From the human T2T-CHM13v2.0 reference genome, Homo sapiens: a stretch of DNA of 64,000 nucleotides. The position numbers and the translations under genes are program-made. Under the pieces are notes generated by a model. The model made no database searches. It was not told where the DNA came from and saw nothing but the letters and a program-made list of their open reading frames with translations. The stretch lies in assembly GCF_009914755.1 (NCBI RefSeq), contig NC_060930.1; one strand, written 5' to 3'. Position 1 is the first letter of the stretch; every line of letters begins with the position of its first letter. This document shows positions 1-13,546 of the stretch, in pieces.

Positions 1-631
1 AATGCAAATGGAAAGAGAAGACCAAAAAAAAGTGCACTTAAAAATACTTACACTAGCCCATTTCTTATTTTCTGAAAGGGAAAAATAAAGCTTGCAAATA
101 TACACCTAAGCAAAAAGGAAAGGAGGACAACTTTGATTCCTGACATGATGGCAATTACTCTTTCTTCTAGCTACTTCTGTCAAAACTTAGCCTAGAGAAA
201 TAAGAGATGGAAGAATGGTATCCAGTGTATCAACAACATCAAAAGGAATGAGACCCAGTGAGATAGAAGGTGTTTTATTTTTTTTGAAAGTATGCGTGTG
301 TTGTGGATGTGTGTAGCCTGGATGGAGTCCTAATTAGGCTAGCCATAGTGGAGAGAGTGACAAATAAGAAAAATTGTTTGGAGTTTGTTATTTCTGCCCA
401 TATTGTACCCTTCCTACCACCACTACCACCTTAGAATAGTCATTAGCTGCTCTCTTCCACTGAGGTCAGTAGTTGACATCAGTACGCCACAAGAAACCTC
501 TTGCATGAGGTCAAGAAAAATATAAGCGAGAAATCATTGTTTTTCTATATTTTATAAATTTTTATATTGATTTTTCTGATGGATATTCTAAGAATATTGT
601 CTTCTCCTAAAACATTGCTTGTTCAGGATTT

Positions 632-909
<278 letters not shown>

Positions 910-1249
910 AGGATTTTTAAGTTGAAGTTCTAAATCTGATTTTGTGGAAATGATAGCAAATACATGTAATTAACTACGGTTTGCTGGGATCTGCGGTTCT
1001 CTCCCCTAGGGCTTATCCTGTACAGCCTCCTTGGACTCACTTGAAATGCCACAGGCCAGGTGCTAGCCTTCTATCCTTCTAATGCATATTATGAAACAGA
1101 GTAGCTGATGAGCCCAGGAATATCAGAGATCATCAACTAGAAAAAAAAAAATTCCACAGAACTATTACCTTCAGAGAAAAAAAGGCTGGGAAATATATAC
1201 TCTCTGAAGCAGAAATATTTGAATAGTCAGGCCAAAAATCTAAAGAAGA

Positions 1250-1780
1250 AAAATGAGTTATATTAGCAAATTAAAAAAGAATGAGAAACTCTTAAGAGTT
1301 CAGATGGAAATATTTTTTGTAAAAATATAATAAGACAAGATAAAAGGAGTAGCAGTTGAAATTTAGCTGACAATCAAGTTTGTGTTTGGATGACTATATT
1401 AAAAAAACTCTTCTAGAACAAAATAAGATAATATAAAACAATACAAAATATACAATTCAAGATATATGGAGATTAAATAGAAGTTCGACATTCAAGTAAC
1501 ATAATTTTGGAGAAAAACATAGTGAAAAAATTGTTCAAAGAATAAAAATAATTTTCAAGAATTAAAAAGAAACAATCATCTAAATTGTGTACAAAGGAGC
1601 AAAGTGCCAATAAGAGCAACTTATTTAAAAAATAATAACAGAGTACTTTATAAGTTATTATAAAACATTATTATTAAGGTGCAGTGGTATTATTGGTGAA
1701 GAGATAGACTAATTTGATCAATGGAACACAATATGAGCCTTAGTACCGACTCACATTTTTATGAAGATTAAAAGCAAGTA
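1250..1780 (+). mobile_element. Ancient, highly decayed L1M/HAL1 fragments
   Basis: A-rich L1-like sequence, including an ORF2-like 'gtggtattattgg...gatcaatggaaca' (WYW..DQWN) remnant at about 1680-1740. Confidence 0.5.
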
Positions 1781-2544
1781 AAAATTAATTACAGATTGTC
1801 AAGACAGTAACTAAATAGATTAAAAAAAGAGGAAATGGTAATTTAAAAATAGTAGTTCTGAAGGACAGGTTTGGGGATGAGATGGAGAGACTTGTATAAA
1901 CAGATATTAGTAATAGTGTATAAACTAGATTTGAGTCTGAGGCTGGATGGTATGTTCATGGTGATATTAGGTATGTAAATGAAATAATATAAAATACATA
2001 AACACATATGGTTAGTGGATAGACCAATGATGGCAATGTGCCATGAACAAATAATTGCAATTAATTCAATATATCTGAGTTTTAATTAAGAGAAAGCAAA
2101 CAAGGAAATCAAATAAAAATAATTTGTGTTTTTAAATTCTTAAAGGTTCTTACTGGGTTTAACATTAAAAAAATGTTTATTTGATCTGAAAATTTAACTA
2201 TTTTCTCACTCATGAAAACTCATCTTGGGATTTATATACATAAACACTTTAAAAACCTTAAATGGCTTATAATGGCCTATTTATCTAAACAGAGAACAGA
2301 AAATATTTCTAAATGCTAACAAAATCAGAATGAATGGAAAATATGGCTAAGAATACAGGAGATATAATTATAATATTTTCAACTTATTAACACCATTGTA
2401 GTTGTATAGCTGTCTGCTTAAAATAGAACAAGTACCACAAATTTGATCATTGCAATATTTATATATCTTATAAAAATCTCTGCTAGTTTTCTTCAAATAT
2501 GTCATCATTAGACAAATAACTGATTACAGTAGGTAAAATTTACT

Positions 2545-3615
2545 TTATTTTAATTCAGATATAATTCACTTTATAGAAAATTTATTCTTAAAGTGTGTAC
2601 TTCACTTGTTTTTAGTATATTCACAAATTTGTGAAATCAGCACTGCCATCTAACTCCAGAACATTTTTATCATCTCAAAAATAAAGCAATACCCATTAGA
2701 AACACCTCATTCCCCTCTTTTCTGAGTTTCTGGCCACCATTAACTACTTTCTGTCTCTATGGATTTGCCTATTCTAGACATTTTATACAAATAAAATCAT
2801 ATATGACAGGGCCTTTTGTATGGCTTCTTTCTCTTAGTATAATATTTCCAAGTTTCATGCATGTGGTTCCATGAATTGGTGAATAATATTCCATTTTATG
2901 GATATACCACTTTGTTTATCATCTACTGATGAATGTTTGGGTTTTTTCCACATTTTTGCTATTAGCAATAATGATGCTCTAAATATCTGGGTACAAATAT
3001 GTGTGTGAGTGAAGATTGATTCTCTTGAATATATTCTTAAGAGTGGAATGGCTAGATCATTTTGTAACTCTATGTTTTACTTTCAATGGAAGGACAAACT
3101 GTTTTCTAAAGCAGTTGTTCTATTTTACAATCCACCAGCAATGCATGAGTTGTTCAACTTCTCCACAATCTCTTCAATACCTATTCATGTTTTTTTCTTA
3201 TTATTATAACCACTCTAGTGTGTATGAAGTTTTCATCTGAGTGTGGTTTTGATTTACATTCCTCTATAGACAAAAAAGTTGAGCACATTTTTTTCACATG
3301 GTTATTGGCTGTTTGCATATCTTTTTTGAAGAAATGTTTATTCAACTCTCTTGTCTATTTTAAATATTGGTTTGTCTTTTTATTGCTGAGGCTTAAGTAG
3401 TTATTTATGTGTTTTAGATATGAAACCATTCCTAACTGTGGGATTTATAAATATTTCTTCTCATTCTTTGAGTTGTTTTTTCACTGTTTTTATAGTGTGC
3501 TCTGAAGCAAAATCATAATAATTTTGATGAAGTCCAATGTATCTATTTTTTTCTTTGGTTGATATGCTCTAAATACCGTATCTAACAAACCATTGCTTAA
3601 TCCAAGGCCTATAGT
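2545..3615 (-). mobile_element. L1MB-type 3' end
   Basis: Antisense L1M 3' motifs: ctccagaacatttttatcatctc, ctgtctctatggatttgcctattctagacattt, caatccaccagcaatgcatgag, tttgatgaagtccaat. Confidence 0.85.
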
Positions 3616-3624
3616 TTTTCGTAT

Positions 3625-3845
3625 AGATTTCTCTTATCCTGGACACCTCTTCTGTGGACAAGAATGTCTTTCCTCTTGTTACAGAGAGAGCAGTTTTCAC
3701 ATAGAAGTTTTCTTTTCTGCTTTAAGTAGAAAAAGGAACCTATTAGTCCCATGCTTTCATCAGCTGTTTTTCCAGTGGTTTTACCTCAAAATAATCACTG
3801 TGCCAAAGAGGCATCTGTAGGGGTAAGATGCTTTGGATCCTATCA
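3625..3845 (-). mobile_element. ERV1 (MER4-group-like) LTR fragment
   Basis: Terminal motif ctcaaaataatcactgtgccaaagaggcat...ggatcc resembles MER4/MER34-group LTR ends. Subfamily uncertain. Confidence 0.5.
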
Positions 3846-3879
3846 CTGTGAATGGCAATTACTGTTTTAACTAGGCAAA

Positions 3880-4430
3880 ATTTCCAAACTCAGTGGACAA
3901 GGCCAACATTACCCTGATACCAAAGCCAGACAGGACACTGCAAGACAAGAAAATTACACACCAATATCTCTGATGAACATAGATGTCAAAATCCCCAACA
4001 ATATACTAGCAAACTGAATTAAACAACACATTAAAATGATCATTCACCATGACTGACTGGGATTTATCCCTGGGATGAAAGGCTGATTCAACACATACAA
4101 ATCAGTAAATACGATACACCATATTAACAGAATGAAGAACAAAGCCATACATTCCTATTGATAGATACATTTGACAACATTCAACATCATTTTATGATTA
4201 AAAGCTCTTAACAAATTAGGCATAGAAGAAATGTACCTCCATAAATGCCATATATGAAAAGCCCACAGGTAACATCATACTCAGTGATGAAAGTTGAAAG
4301 CCTTTTCTCTATGATCAGAAACAAGTCAAGGATATTTACTCTCACCTCTTGGTACTGGAAGTTTTAGCCACAAGAAAAAGACACAAAGGCATCCAAATCG
4401 GAAAGAAAGAAGTGAAATTGTCTCTGCTGT
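3880..4430 (+). mobile_element. L1 ORF2 (RT region) fragment, old L1M/L1PB
   Basis: attaccctgataccaaagccagac...ccaatatctctgatgaacatagatg (LIPKP...PISLMNID) with indels. Confidence 0.9.
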
Positions 4431-4439
4431 TTAAGCTAC

Positions 4440-5030
4440 ACTTATTTTTTTCTTTTTGTCTCATACTTTCTTTGTGTGTGAAAAACTGGACAATTTAAAC
4501 AACCAAATATGGCAACTCTGGCAGACTCTTTCACCTCCTTCATTGGTATGTTGTTTAGTGACTTTCTGAATGAAGTTACTTGTTTAGTGACTTTCTGAAT
4601 GAAGTCTGTTTGTATTACTTGTCTTTGCTGATGATCAGACAGATTTCTTTAGACACCTGAAACTAATATATCTCCTAGTGTCTGCCAAGAAGTTCTGTAT
4701 ACATGTTGAGGCATGCCTCCAACACTCAGCCAATTGACAACTACACCTTATCCTTTATACCTTGCTTGTGAAGAGCCTCAACATTAATAAAGGTCAAAAG
4801 TTTAAAGGCTTTTTATCTTTTCTGATACTATATACCATTTTGGGCATCTGCTTAGCCCTACACATGAACATAGCCTTCTACGTTTTTTGAGATGTTTTGG
4901 AATTCTTAAAGTCCTATATGAACATCTCATTCTCCAGCTTTTCCTTTTAAGCTTTTTGGTTAGCCTATTGTTTTCCCCAACTGTTATGTACTTTCTGAAG
5001 CAATTCAACAGTTGTTTAATAATTTAACAA
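4440..5030 (-). mobile_element. Old L1MC/MD 5'-region fragment
   Basis: Resembles antisense L1MD/MC 5' sequence (aaaactggacaattt, ccagcttttccttttaagctttttggttagcctattg). Probably continues to about 5730. Confidence 0.45.
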
Positions 5031-5040
5031 TTGCCTCTGA

Positions 5041-5231
5041 TTTTTTTTAATTTTTAATTTTTGTTGGTACACACTAAGTGTGTATATCTATGAAATGTAT
5101 GAGATATTTTGATACAGGCATACAATGTGTAAAAATTACATCAGAGTAAATAATATATCCATCATCTCAAGCATTTATCCTTCTTTTGTGTTACAAACAA
5201 TTCAACCATACTCTTTTAGTTACTTTAAAAT
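5041..5231 (-). mobile_element. L1MA 3' end (short, 5'-truncated)
   Basis: gagatattttgatacaggcatacaatgtg...catctcaagcatttatcc. Degenerate TSD gcctctgatt / gcccctgatt. Confidence 0.85.
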
Positions 5232-5309
5232 AGCCCCTGATTATTTTTGACAAAGTCCCAGTGGGGATGATTGCTTTGGGGATGATTGCTTGAACTGGGC
5301 AATTCCCGT

Positions 5310-5311
<2 letters not shown>

Positions 5312-5358
<47 letters not shown>

Positions 5359-5374
5359 TATATATATATATATA
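5312..5374. repeat. Compound (TG)n-(TA)n microsatellite
   Basis: Uninterrupted TG run at 5312-5350 followed by an AT run. Confidence 0.98.
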
Positions 5375-5737
5375 AAATCTTTGTGAATGTGGTCTTACCG
5401 GGAACTACCAAATAGGTGAAATAATAACATTTTTGAGGCCTTCGAAAGGTGCTCTAATCTCATTCTTTCCCTTTCAATTTCTGCCAAGTTGTGATTTTCA
5501 CTGCAATTGTGGTGGTTGATTTTCAAGGCTAATGAGAAGTTAGGGAGGGGAGAATTGGAACAGGTCATGTTAAAATGATATTAATCTAAAACTCTTTTTC
5601 TTAATGTGATTGATCTCTTTTTTTTCTCTTGAATAAACACTCTTGGGATTGACTAAAGTCTTTGGTTAATTTCCAGAATTCTAAAACATTAATTCTGACA
5701 TTTTTGCCACTGTTCTTATTGCTTTTATGATGATGAT

Positions 5738-6300
5738 GTATCAAAATGATTTGTGTGCTTAACGTGTCAAAATGGAGTCATTCATGTCAAGCAGCTTTGA
5801 GACCACAGTGAAGTTGTTCTTCCTTTCCTCAAAGAGATAAATATGTAATGACCTGAGGGGATAACATCCACTGTTGCCTGTACCACCTGAGACCTAAAAA
5901 GAGCAAATGGAAACTTAAAGGCAGCTGATATAATGAGATGAGAATAGAATCATCTGGGAAGATTGTAAAAGCAGCTAGGACTTGGCCTTCTTTAAGACAC
6001 CTTCTCAGGCTCTGTCTGTGAGAACTTGGAGATATTCTCTGGAATTTGTCAGCTCTGCTGGAGAGAAATCCCTTCACATCTTCCTCTCCACTGACATTGG
6101 AAGAACTTCCAGACCAACTGAACTTGGCTATTGGCATGTTGGTGTTCCCGAGCCATCACTGTGGTTTTCTACTGCCCTTTTTTATTACTACATGTGTGTT
6201 AAGTATTAATTGCATGATTGGTGGTGTATGAAGGTCTTGCAATAAACCATAACTTTGAGCATATATAATTGGCTATTGAGTCATTATGAAACCTTATGGC
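5738..6300 (+). mobile_element. Probable ancient solo LTR (ERVL/Gypsy-like)
   Basis: Starts with TG, contains caaaatggagtc near the 5' end and AATAAA at 6241 ahead of a U5-like tail. Family not securely recognised. Confidence 0.4.
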
Positions 6301-8537
6301 TTTGGTCAGAGTTAGTGTATGTAGGCAGTGTAGACCTAATTAACATATCAATTGGCACGGCCATAGCAGTAACAAGTGGACAGAATTTCGAAGAGTCCTT
6401 AGTCCACCATTTTTACTCATGCCACTCTGGATTTCTTAAGGAACAATGCAACACATCTCAATTGGCTTCACTGTATTTTTTACATTTGTATTTGTGTAAA
6501 GCGAAAACATAATTTGATTTCTAAAACTGTAAATTAAAGGACTATAAAAACAGCTATAACATTTTCAATGGTTAAACTCATTGATCAATCAATTCTCTTT
6601 TGTGGGATAGAAATGATAAGCCTTGCAGAAGATGCTTATCCTACAATTATTAAATTCCAATTCAATCTAATTACATACCAATAAAAAGTCTTTCCTGTCA
6701 TTTTTTCCTTCTGAACAAACTTAATTATGATTTTTGAGGATGCAGACATCAATTTCTTTTCAAAAGGCGGCTCTAAATATATTAATAAAACATCTTGAAG
6801 CTAATAATATACCATTGATTAATCTAGTGGCATTATGTAGTAAACTACATAAAAACCTGTGATGTGTTTCCTTAAATAATGTTAGAGGCACGGTTATTGG
6901 CTATATTTAAATTTAGATCTTTCATTGCTAAGTATGAGAGAAGTAAGAAGATAAACTCTGAATGCCTGGATATAATCAAAATGGGAAATAATATAGCTAA
7001 ATAGTAATAAAATATATTCAATATGTTTATATTTATTTTTTCTAGAAATGTTATCTTATTTGTTAAACAAAACCAGGAATCCACTAACAAATAATTTCAA
7101 AATGGCAAATAATCCATGAGGATTTTTTTTTAAAAGCTAAAGCAGACATTCCTTTTTGGTAGTGGACAACATAAATCTACAAGGCAAAATCAAAGACCCA
7201 TTGAGGATGGGAATTGATGAAGTTTGAAGCTTTCTTATATTCTTTTTAGATCTATCTCTTTTTCATGCTTTGTCTTGCAGACTCACTTGAAGAATAACAA
7301 ACCACTACCAACTTAACACTCCTTTATAAACAATGGGGACCTAGAGTCTAAAGAACTTTGAAGAAATGATCAAAATTAAGGATTTAAAAGACCCTATGTA
7401 ATATTATCCAATTGTTGTTTGTTTGTTAGATGGTAGTTGACTTAAAAGTATAAAGACTGGGATACTACTATTTTTAACCAATTATTCACTGTGTAAATCA
7501 TTCTGGGTGATGATCAAACTCATAGAAAACATATTTTAAACTCCAAATAAGATAAATTTATCAAAGTCAACAGGCAACATGGCAGCATAGCAGCATAAGT
7601 GGATCCTTATTTGAGTTAAATTTAACTGTGTGCATAGAGGCTACCAATGATTTTTAGGTGCTCTTTAGAGTTCTTTAATTCCACACCCACTTGCTATCTC
7701 TCACTGATAAACTTTTGGCTTCTTGATGCTTTATGATTATAATCAGCTGAGTATCATCATATGGAAATGCACATATGATAATGTGCAAAATACTTGCCTT
7801 ATACAACAGGGGCCTAGATTAATTGGAGATAAATGGAAGGAAGCAGGTAAGAAGACAACATAAAGATAACATTTCTCTATGCTCTGTTTCCCAAACTGTG
7901 CTATCCTTACAGAAAATTTATTTCCAGTTTCAAGAAAGAAATGCAATCTTTTGGCTAAAATATTGAAAATGTGGATGAGGAAATACTTATCCTGGTAATT
8001 CAGCTAAAGCCTATGAGATTTCATTTATTTTATATTCCACACAGAAACCTAAAATTATTGATCACTTTTTCAAAAATAGCTACCTCTTAAAAACCTTTGG
8101 TAGTGTTACTTCTGGTACAGCCAGAAAAAATAATTACGCTGCCAATAACAGAAGTTCCCTAGTATTACTAGAACATTTCCTTTCCTCTATGATTCCAGAG
8201 GCACTCTAAACTTAGCCAGTGGGGAATTTCTGATTAAAAATTTAGGCCAGAATAGAAGAAAATATTTCATGTGTCTAGGTGCACTATGGATGAGTAGAGA
8301 AAGTTATAGAATCAAGACTGTGTAGGATAGAGGAAATTTTTCATGGATCAGAAAACTCTAAAAGGGATTTAATATGGGGCTTAAAATTTTGCACAATATC
8401 ATCCCTGGGGAGATGAATGCAAATTTCTTTGGTCAGTCCCTTGACACATATACTTATACACACATACATACAAATGCACACACCTCAAAACAGACAACAA
8501 TAAATTTCCTACTTCTTGCAGTGCTCAATAGAGATTG

Positions 8538-8632
8538 GAGGGGAAGAAAGGAAGGAAGGAAGGGAGGGAGGGAGGGAGGGAGGGAGGAAGGGAGGAAGGG
8601 AGGGAGGGAGGAAGGAAGGAAGGAAGGAAGGA
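8538..8632. repeat. (GGAA)/(GGGA)n polypurine tract
   Basis: About 95 bp of pure purine tetramer repeats. Confidence 0.97.
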
Positions 8633-9812
8633 GTCAGCACATTATATATTGAGCACAAGACTCTATATAATTGGCAATATGAAGGAAGGCAGTGATCAAC
8701 AAAAATGAATTCACAAATGTTTGTCATGTTCACTATAAAAGTAATAGGAATTAACTGAGCTGTAGTCACTGGCGAGGATCTTTGACAGAGGCTTCACTAA
8801 TACTCTCCCATAGCCGTGGCCAGCTTCAATACTGAAGATATATTATTTATCATTCAATGATACTAAATTTTAATCCTTTCATCTTTTCAAATCTATTCAA
8901 AAATGTTCTGTCTATGTCTGCTTAATTTTATTCTTGTTGCTATAATATTATTTGTTCCATTAGTGCACTAGCAATGTCATGCATAAAATTAACTGGAGGT
9001 ACTAGGGACACACAGAGATTTTACATTTTTGTAATGAAGGTGTTTCTTAATATAAAATTGTTTCTACCTAAACAATATATTTTCTAGAATCATTAGATTC
9101 TGGAGAACATTTTGTTTTTGCTTTTATCTAAAAGGTATTAAGTCAATTTGGTTAATTTAAATAGAATATTAATGATATCTGTAAAATCCTAACATTTATT
9201 TTCCTATCTTATTTTGAATTCAACATCTTTTTAATTTTCAAATTACTTCCAGAAGTTTCATTACATCTAATGCTTCATCTACATGCTATGGCTTTAATGT
9301 GGGGTTAACTGTAGTGCAGGAATCTATTTATGGGCCATAGATTGTCTTCCATTGCCAGGTATTTTTATGTACACTATACCTCAAATATAGTTTGGAAGAA
9401 AAGTTGTGCTTTTTAAAAATATTTATTTAATAGAAAAATTAGGCATTCAGATTGAAATTCTACTTTTAATTTTATCCAGTCCAATTTTACCATCATGATG
9501 GAGCATACTAAGAGAGTTTAATAAATGCTACATAGTCTAAATCGAAGGAATGTCTATAGGAATATATGTGGACCAGTAAGCAAAGTTCTCGTGCTCAGAA
9601 ATTCAACTGCGATTGGCATAAAAATGTCAAGGTCAGTGAAAATTAGTTCTTTTCATTCATAAACATTGATTACTTTTGATATTCCACACATATTCTTCAA
9701 ATTTTCTTCTTACCATTTTGAAAAAAGGAAAATGCAGCCCACGAATGGAGTATTCTGCCTTAAAATGATAGCTCTATTCATAGGCCGCATTTTTCTGTTT
9801 TCAAAATGGCAG

Positions 9813-10153
9813 GGCCTGGTGTGGTGGCTCATGCCTGGTGCGGTGGCTCATGCCTGGTGCGGTGGCTCACACCTATAATCCCAGCACTTTGGGAGGCTGA
9901 GGCGGGCAGATCACCTGAGGTTGGGAGTTCAAGACCACCCTGGCCAACATGGTAAAACCCTGTCTCCACAAAAAATACAAAAATTAGCTGGGCATGGTGA
10001 CAGTTGCCTGTAATCTCAGCTACTCAGGAGACTGAGGCAGAAGAATTGCTTGAACCTGGGAGTCAGAGGTTGCAGTGAGCGAGATCAAGCCACTGCATTC
10101 CAGTCTGGATGACGGAGTGAGAATCTGCCTCAAAAAAAAAAAAAAAAAAAAAA
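9813..10153 (+). mobile_element. AluS with triplicated 5' 19-mer
   Basis: Full dimeric Alu with A-tail. gcctggtg(t/c)ggtggctca(t/c) occurs three times at 9814-9870. Confidence 0.95.
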
Positions 10154-10253
10154 GAAGAAAATTTGAGTGGATGGGAATATGAAACAAAATCATTTAAAAT
10201 TAATTTAGAAAAAGATTGAATGAAATAAAAACTTCTTTCCTTTTTTTGTGGTT

Positions 10254-10287
<34 letters not shown>

Positions 10288-10334
10288 TCCTCCAGGCTCC
10301 TAGAGTAGGAGGATCCTGGTTTTGTACTTTTTCC

Positions 10335-10420
10335 TTCTTTTTTCTTCCTCAGCATATAGCACAGTACCTGGCACATCATGAAGGCTCAATAAATATTTGG
10401 TCAATGAATGAATGTGTGAG
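10335..10420 (+). mobile_element. L2 3' end
   Basis: agcacagtacctggcacat...ctcaataaatatttg...aatgaatgaatg terminal motif. Confidence 0.85.
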
Positions 10421-11169
10421 TGAAAAAAAACACACTTGCAATTAACTACACTCCAAGTCACACCTTGTATGTGCCATTACCCATTCTTGCTTCAATTTTT
10501 ATGTAAAAAATGACTACTGGAAACATTTTTAGAAATTTCAACCGGAATGACTCACATCTGATCCAAATCAGAAGAACAATCATTCTGGCACCATTATAAG
10601 AGCTCTCAGATGTTAAAGGTGACAAAATGGGCAGAGCTTCTCCTAACAGATTATGAATACCATGTGTGACAGAATTAAGTGAAAAAATGTTCATAAAAAT
10701 GCTGAAGTGGAAGGCATGTCATGCCCATGTGGCTTGGCTGCAGGATAGTATGCATTCACTGACATGATGGAAAAGTTGGGTAGCATATCACATACGGCAT
10801 ATGGCAGGCTTTTGCTTCAGCAAAAACGCATAGCACATGCCAAAAAGTGGTGTAGTTTCTACTGATTACTCTGTTTTTTAGTTTCTTTCAAAGGGTTCAA
10901 AATTAATATTAAAGATTTTTAGCAACTTCCCAAAAAACCAAAAATATCCAAACATACACTTTAACTCATTCAACAGCGAATTTCCATATTGATTTGCCCA
11001 CCTTAAAAAATGCATAATGTATGCATTATCTCTAGAAATATAAACTAAAAAGGACACTAAAAGGAAAAATATCTCATAATTTAGTAAAAACAGACTCACT
11101 TTCAAAATTTAAAGTATGCATATGTATACTTAGTACATATGCTTTCATATTCTGCCTTATACTCACTTG

Positions 11170-12095
11170 TACACTCATTCAAAAAAACGTCATTGAGTGC
11201 ATATGCTACTCACTGTGAATCCAGAGGTCAAGTATTGGTCCCTTCTATCAAGAATCTTGTATTCTAGATAGTGAAATAAGAATAAAAAGAAAACTAAACT
11301 ACAGTGGGATAAGTATGATAAGAATTAAGAAATGAAGGTGGGGCTGGTCATGAGGAAGGTAAAAAATATTAATAAATAAATTGTGGGTGGATATCTGGGT
11401 GGATAATTATTGTGATTTGCCTCTGTTATGAAATTATGCATTAATCATTTAAGAAGAAGAAAAAATATTACAAGCAAAAGTAAGAGCATTTGAAAAGCAA
11501 AGAAATGTAAGTTAATAGGTTGATTTTTCAGATGCTGCAAATAATTTAATATTGATAGAGCATAGTGTACAGCTACTATGGCAATAATCTAGAAGACGGA
11601 GACCAGAACCCCACTCTATGTTATGTTGAGCTTAGATGATGTACTGAATGGGAGGCAAAACCATAAAAGCGTTTTAAGTAGAGAGTAATGATCAGATACT
11701 TCTATTAAAGAAATCAATCTGCAGACTCCAAAGAATGGGAAAAATGGTAAGAAGATGACGATATTGAAGGCTGCTGCATTAGTTCAAATGGTAAGAAGAA
11801 GGGCCTATCTAGAGTATTATTAATGTAAATGGAAAGGAGAAGGTTGCTGTTATTGTGATATTGACAATATGCCTGGCAGGACTCAGTTAACTGATTGGAA
11901 GGCTTGGGGTAAGCAATGGAAGTAATTTATGATGACTCCAAGAGGTGATGCTTGGTAAACTGGCTGATGTGAGAAAAAGAGGATGCGAGAAAGATTTGTT
12001 AAAAAGAAAAAAATCTCATTTTTAAAATTTTCAATTGGTGGGCTTATGAGATTATCTAAGGGGAACTCTGATATACAGTTTAATGTGTAGACATT
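11170..12095 (-). mobile_element. L2 fragments
   Basis: cactcattca...attgagtgc antisense 3' end plus decayed L2 body motifs (gatcagat...aaagaaatcaatctg). Confidence 0.6.
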
Positions 12096-12124
12096 ATCAA
12101 AAAAAAAAAGCTTACACCGGAAAA

Positions 12125-12665
12125 AATTGTTCTTGAATAGAATGTGAAGTTTCCTATTGCTAGGTATAATGTTTTATATATGTCCATTAGATCACTACTA
12201 TGAATTCTATATGAGGAAAAACATATTTGCTTTGCCAACACCTCATTTGGATTTGAACTTAGGTTCTTGAGTAAGATTGCCCCTTATTTTCTCCTTTTTC
12301 TGGTATTATCCTTGTCTAATATTATTAGTTATGTTTGCCTTATGAAGAGTAAAAGAGTTTTCTTTCTTTTTCTCTCTCTGCAAGGATTGTGTTGAAATTG
12401 GATTATTCTTTGAATGTTACCATTGTAGTCAAGTGTTTCTTCATGGGAGAATATTTAATACATTTAATTTCACTAATGATTGTAGGACTACTACTATATC
12501 ATGTTAAATCAACATTAATACATTGTTTTTAAATAAATGTATATATTTCATCTGAGTTCTCTAATATATTAGTATGCAATTAGTCACAATAATCCTTTAT
12601 TATCTTTTTGATTTCTGAAACATCTGTAGTGAAGTCCCTCTTTTAATCCTTCATATTGTTTGCTT
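12125..12665 (-). mobile_element. Ancient L1M ORF2 fragments
   Basis: ttcttgaatagaatgtg...atgtccattagatca and atttcatctgagttctctaat...tctgtagtgaagtccctc motifs. Confidence 0.65.
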
Positions 12666-13546
12666 TAATTAAGTGAATACTACAATTTATAAGCCAAACT
12701 AATATACTTTTGAGAATGAAAGGGGATGCTGTTTCTTACACCATGGTGTAACCTTGCAGTGTCATGGCAAGCTGTGACATATGGCCTTCATGTGAATATC
12801 TAGTTTGCTTTATATCCTTGTGATTCATCAGTGACATTTTTAAAAATGTAGCCATTCTTGCAGTTGTGTCACATAAAATATGTTTTAATAAAAAGAAAAT
12901 TAAATATATCTTTTAAAATTAAGCAATCAATACAATTAATAAAAAGTCACATTTTATAGACCTCCAGGGCTCATACTAAATACTTAATGAGATTACATGA
13001 AACTATATGAGATCTTGAAGTGAAATCTATTTGTACTACAAATGAATATCTCGTATTCATTGAGGATTTAATATGTGTAGATCTCGTGAAATCCTTATGA
13101 AAGTCTATGTGCCCAATAACAGCCCCACTTGGTAGATAGGAAATTTGTGATTTACTTTATTCAAAAATCACAAATAGCTGAGAAGTGGTGAAACCATGAA
13201 AGAAGTAAGGTCTGAATTTGCCCATCTCTTAGTTACCATTTAGCATACTGAGAATTTCCCATAAGTAAATAATTATTCTCTACTCAAAAAACTTTTCAAA
13301 ATATAATTATTAACTCTGAACTTTATTTTTTAATAAAAATACTGGCTTTAGTTATCTTATGAGGAATAACTGAATAGCTATTCATTGGAAATTTTAAGTA
13401 TCTATTTCATACTAATATAACCAAGTGCCTAGAAATTGTTTCATTAATTCCTGAGAATTTTGAATCACTTTCTCAAGCTAAACCTCAGAATGAACTACAT
13501 TCTGAGTTCAGCAAACTGATAATTACAGGACTGTTAAGATTGCTAG

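Noticed and set aside
7255-7400. Strong-looking splice acceptor (also at about 18558 and 38079)
   Set aside because: At 7281 all three frames hit stops and the donor is weak. The other two sites have no coding or transcript support. Such motifs are common by chance.
13484-13506. 9-bp perfect hairpin CTCAGAATG-aacta-CATTCTGAG
   Set aside because: An isolated short stem is expected occasionally in 64 kb, and it is too short for a pre-miRNA or MITE.
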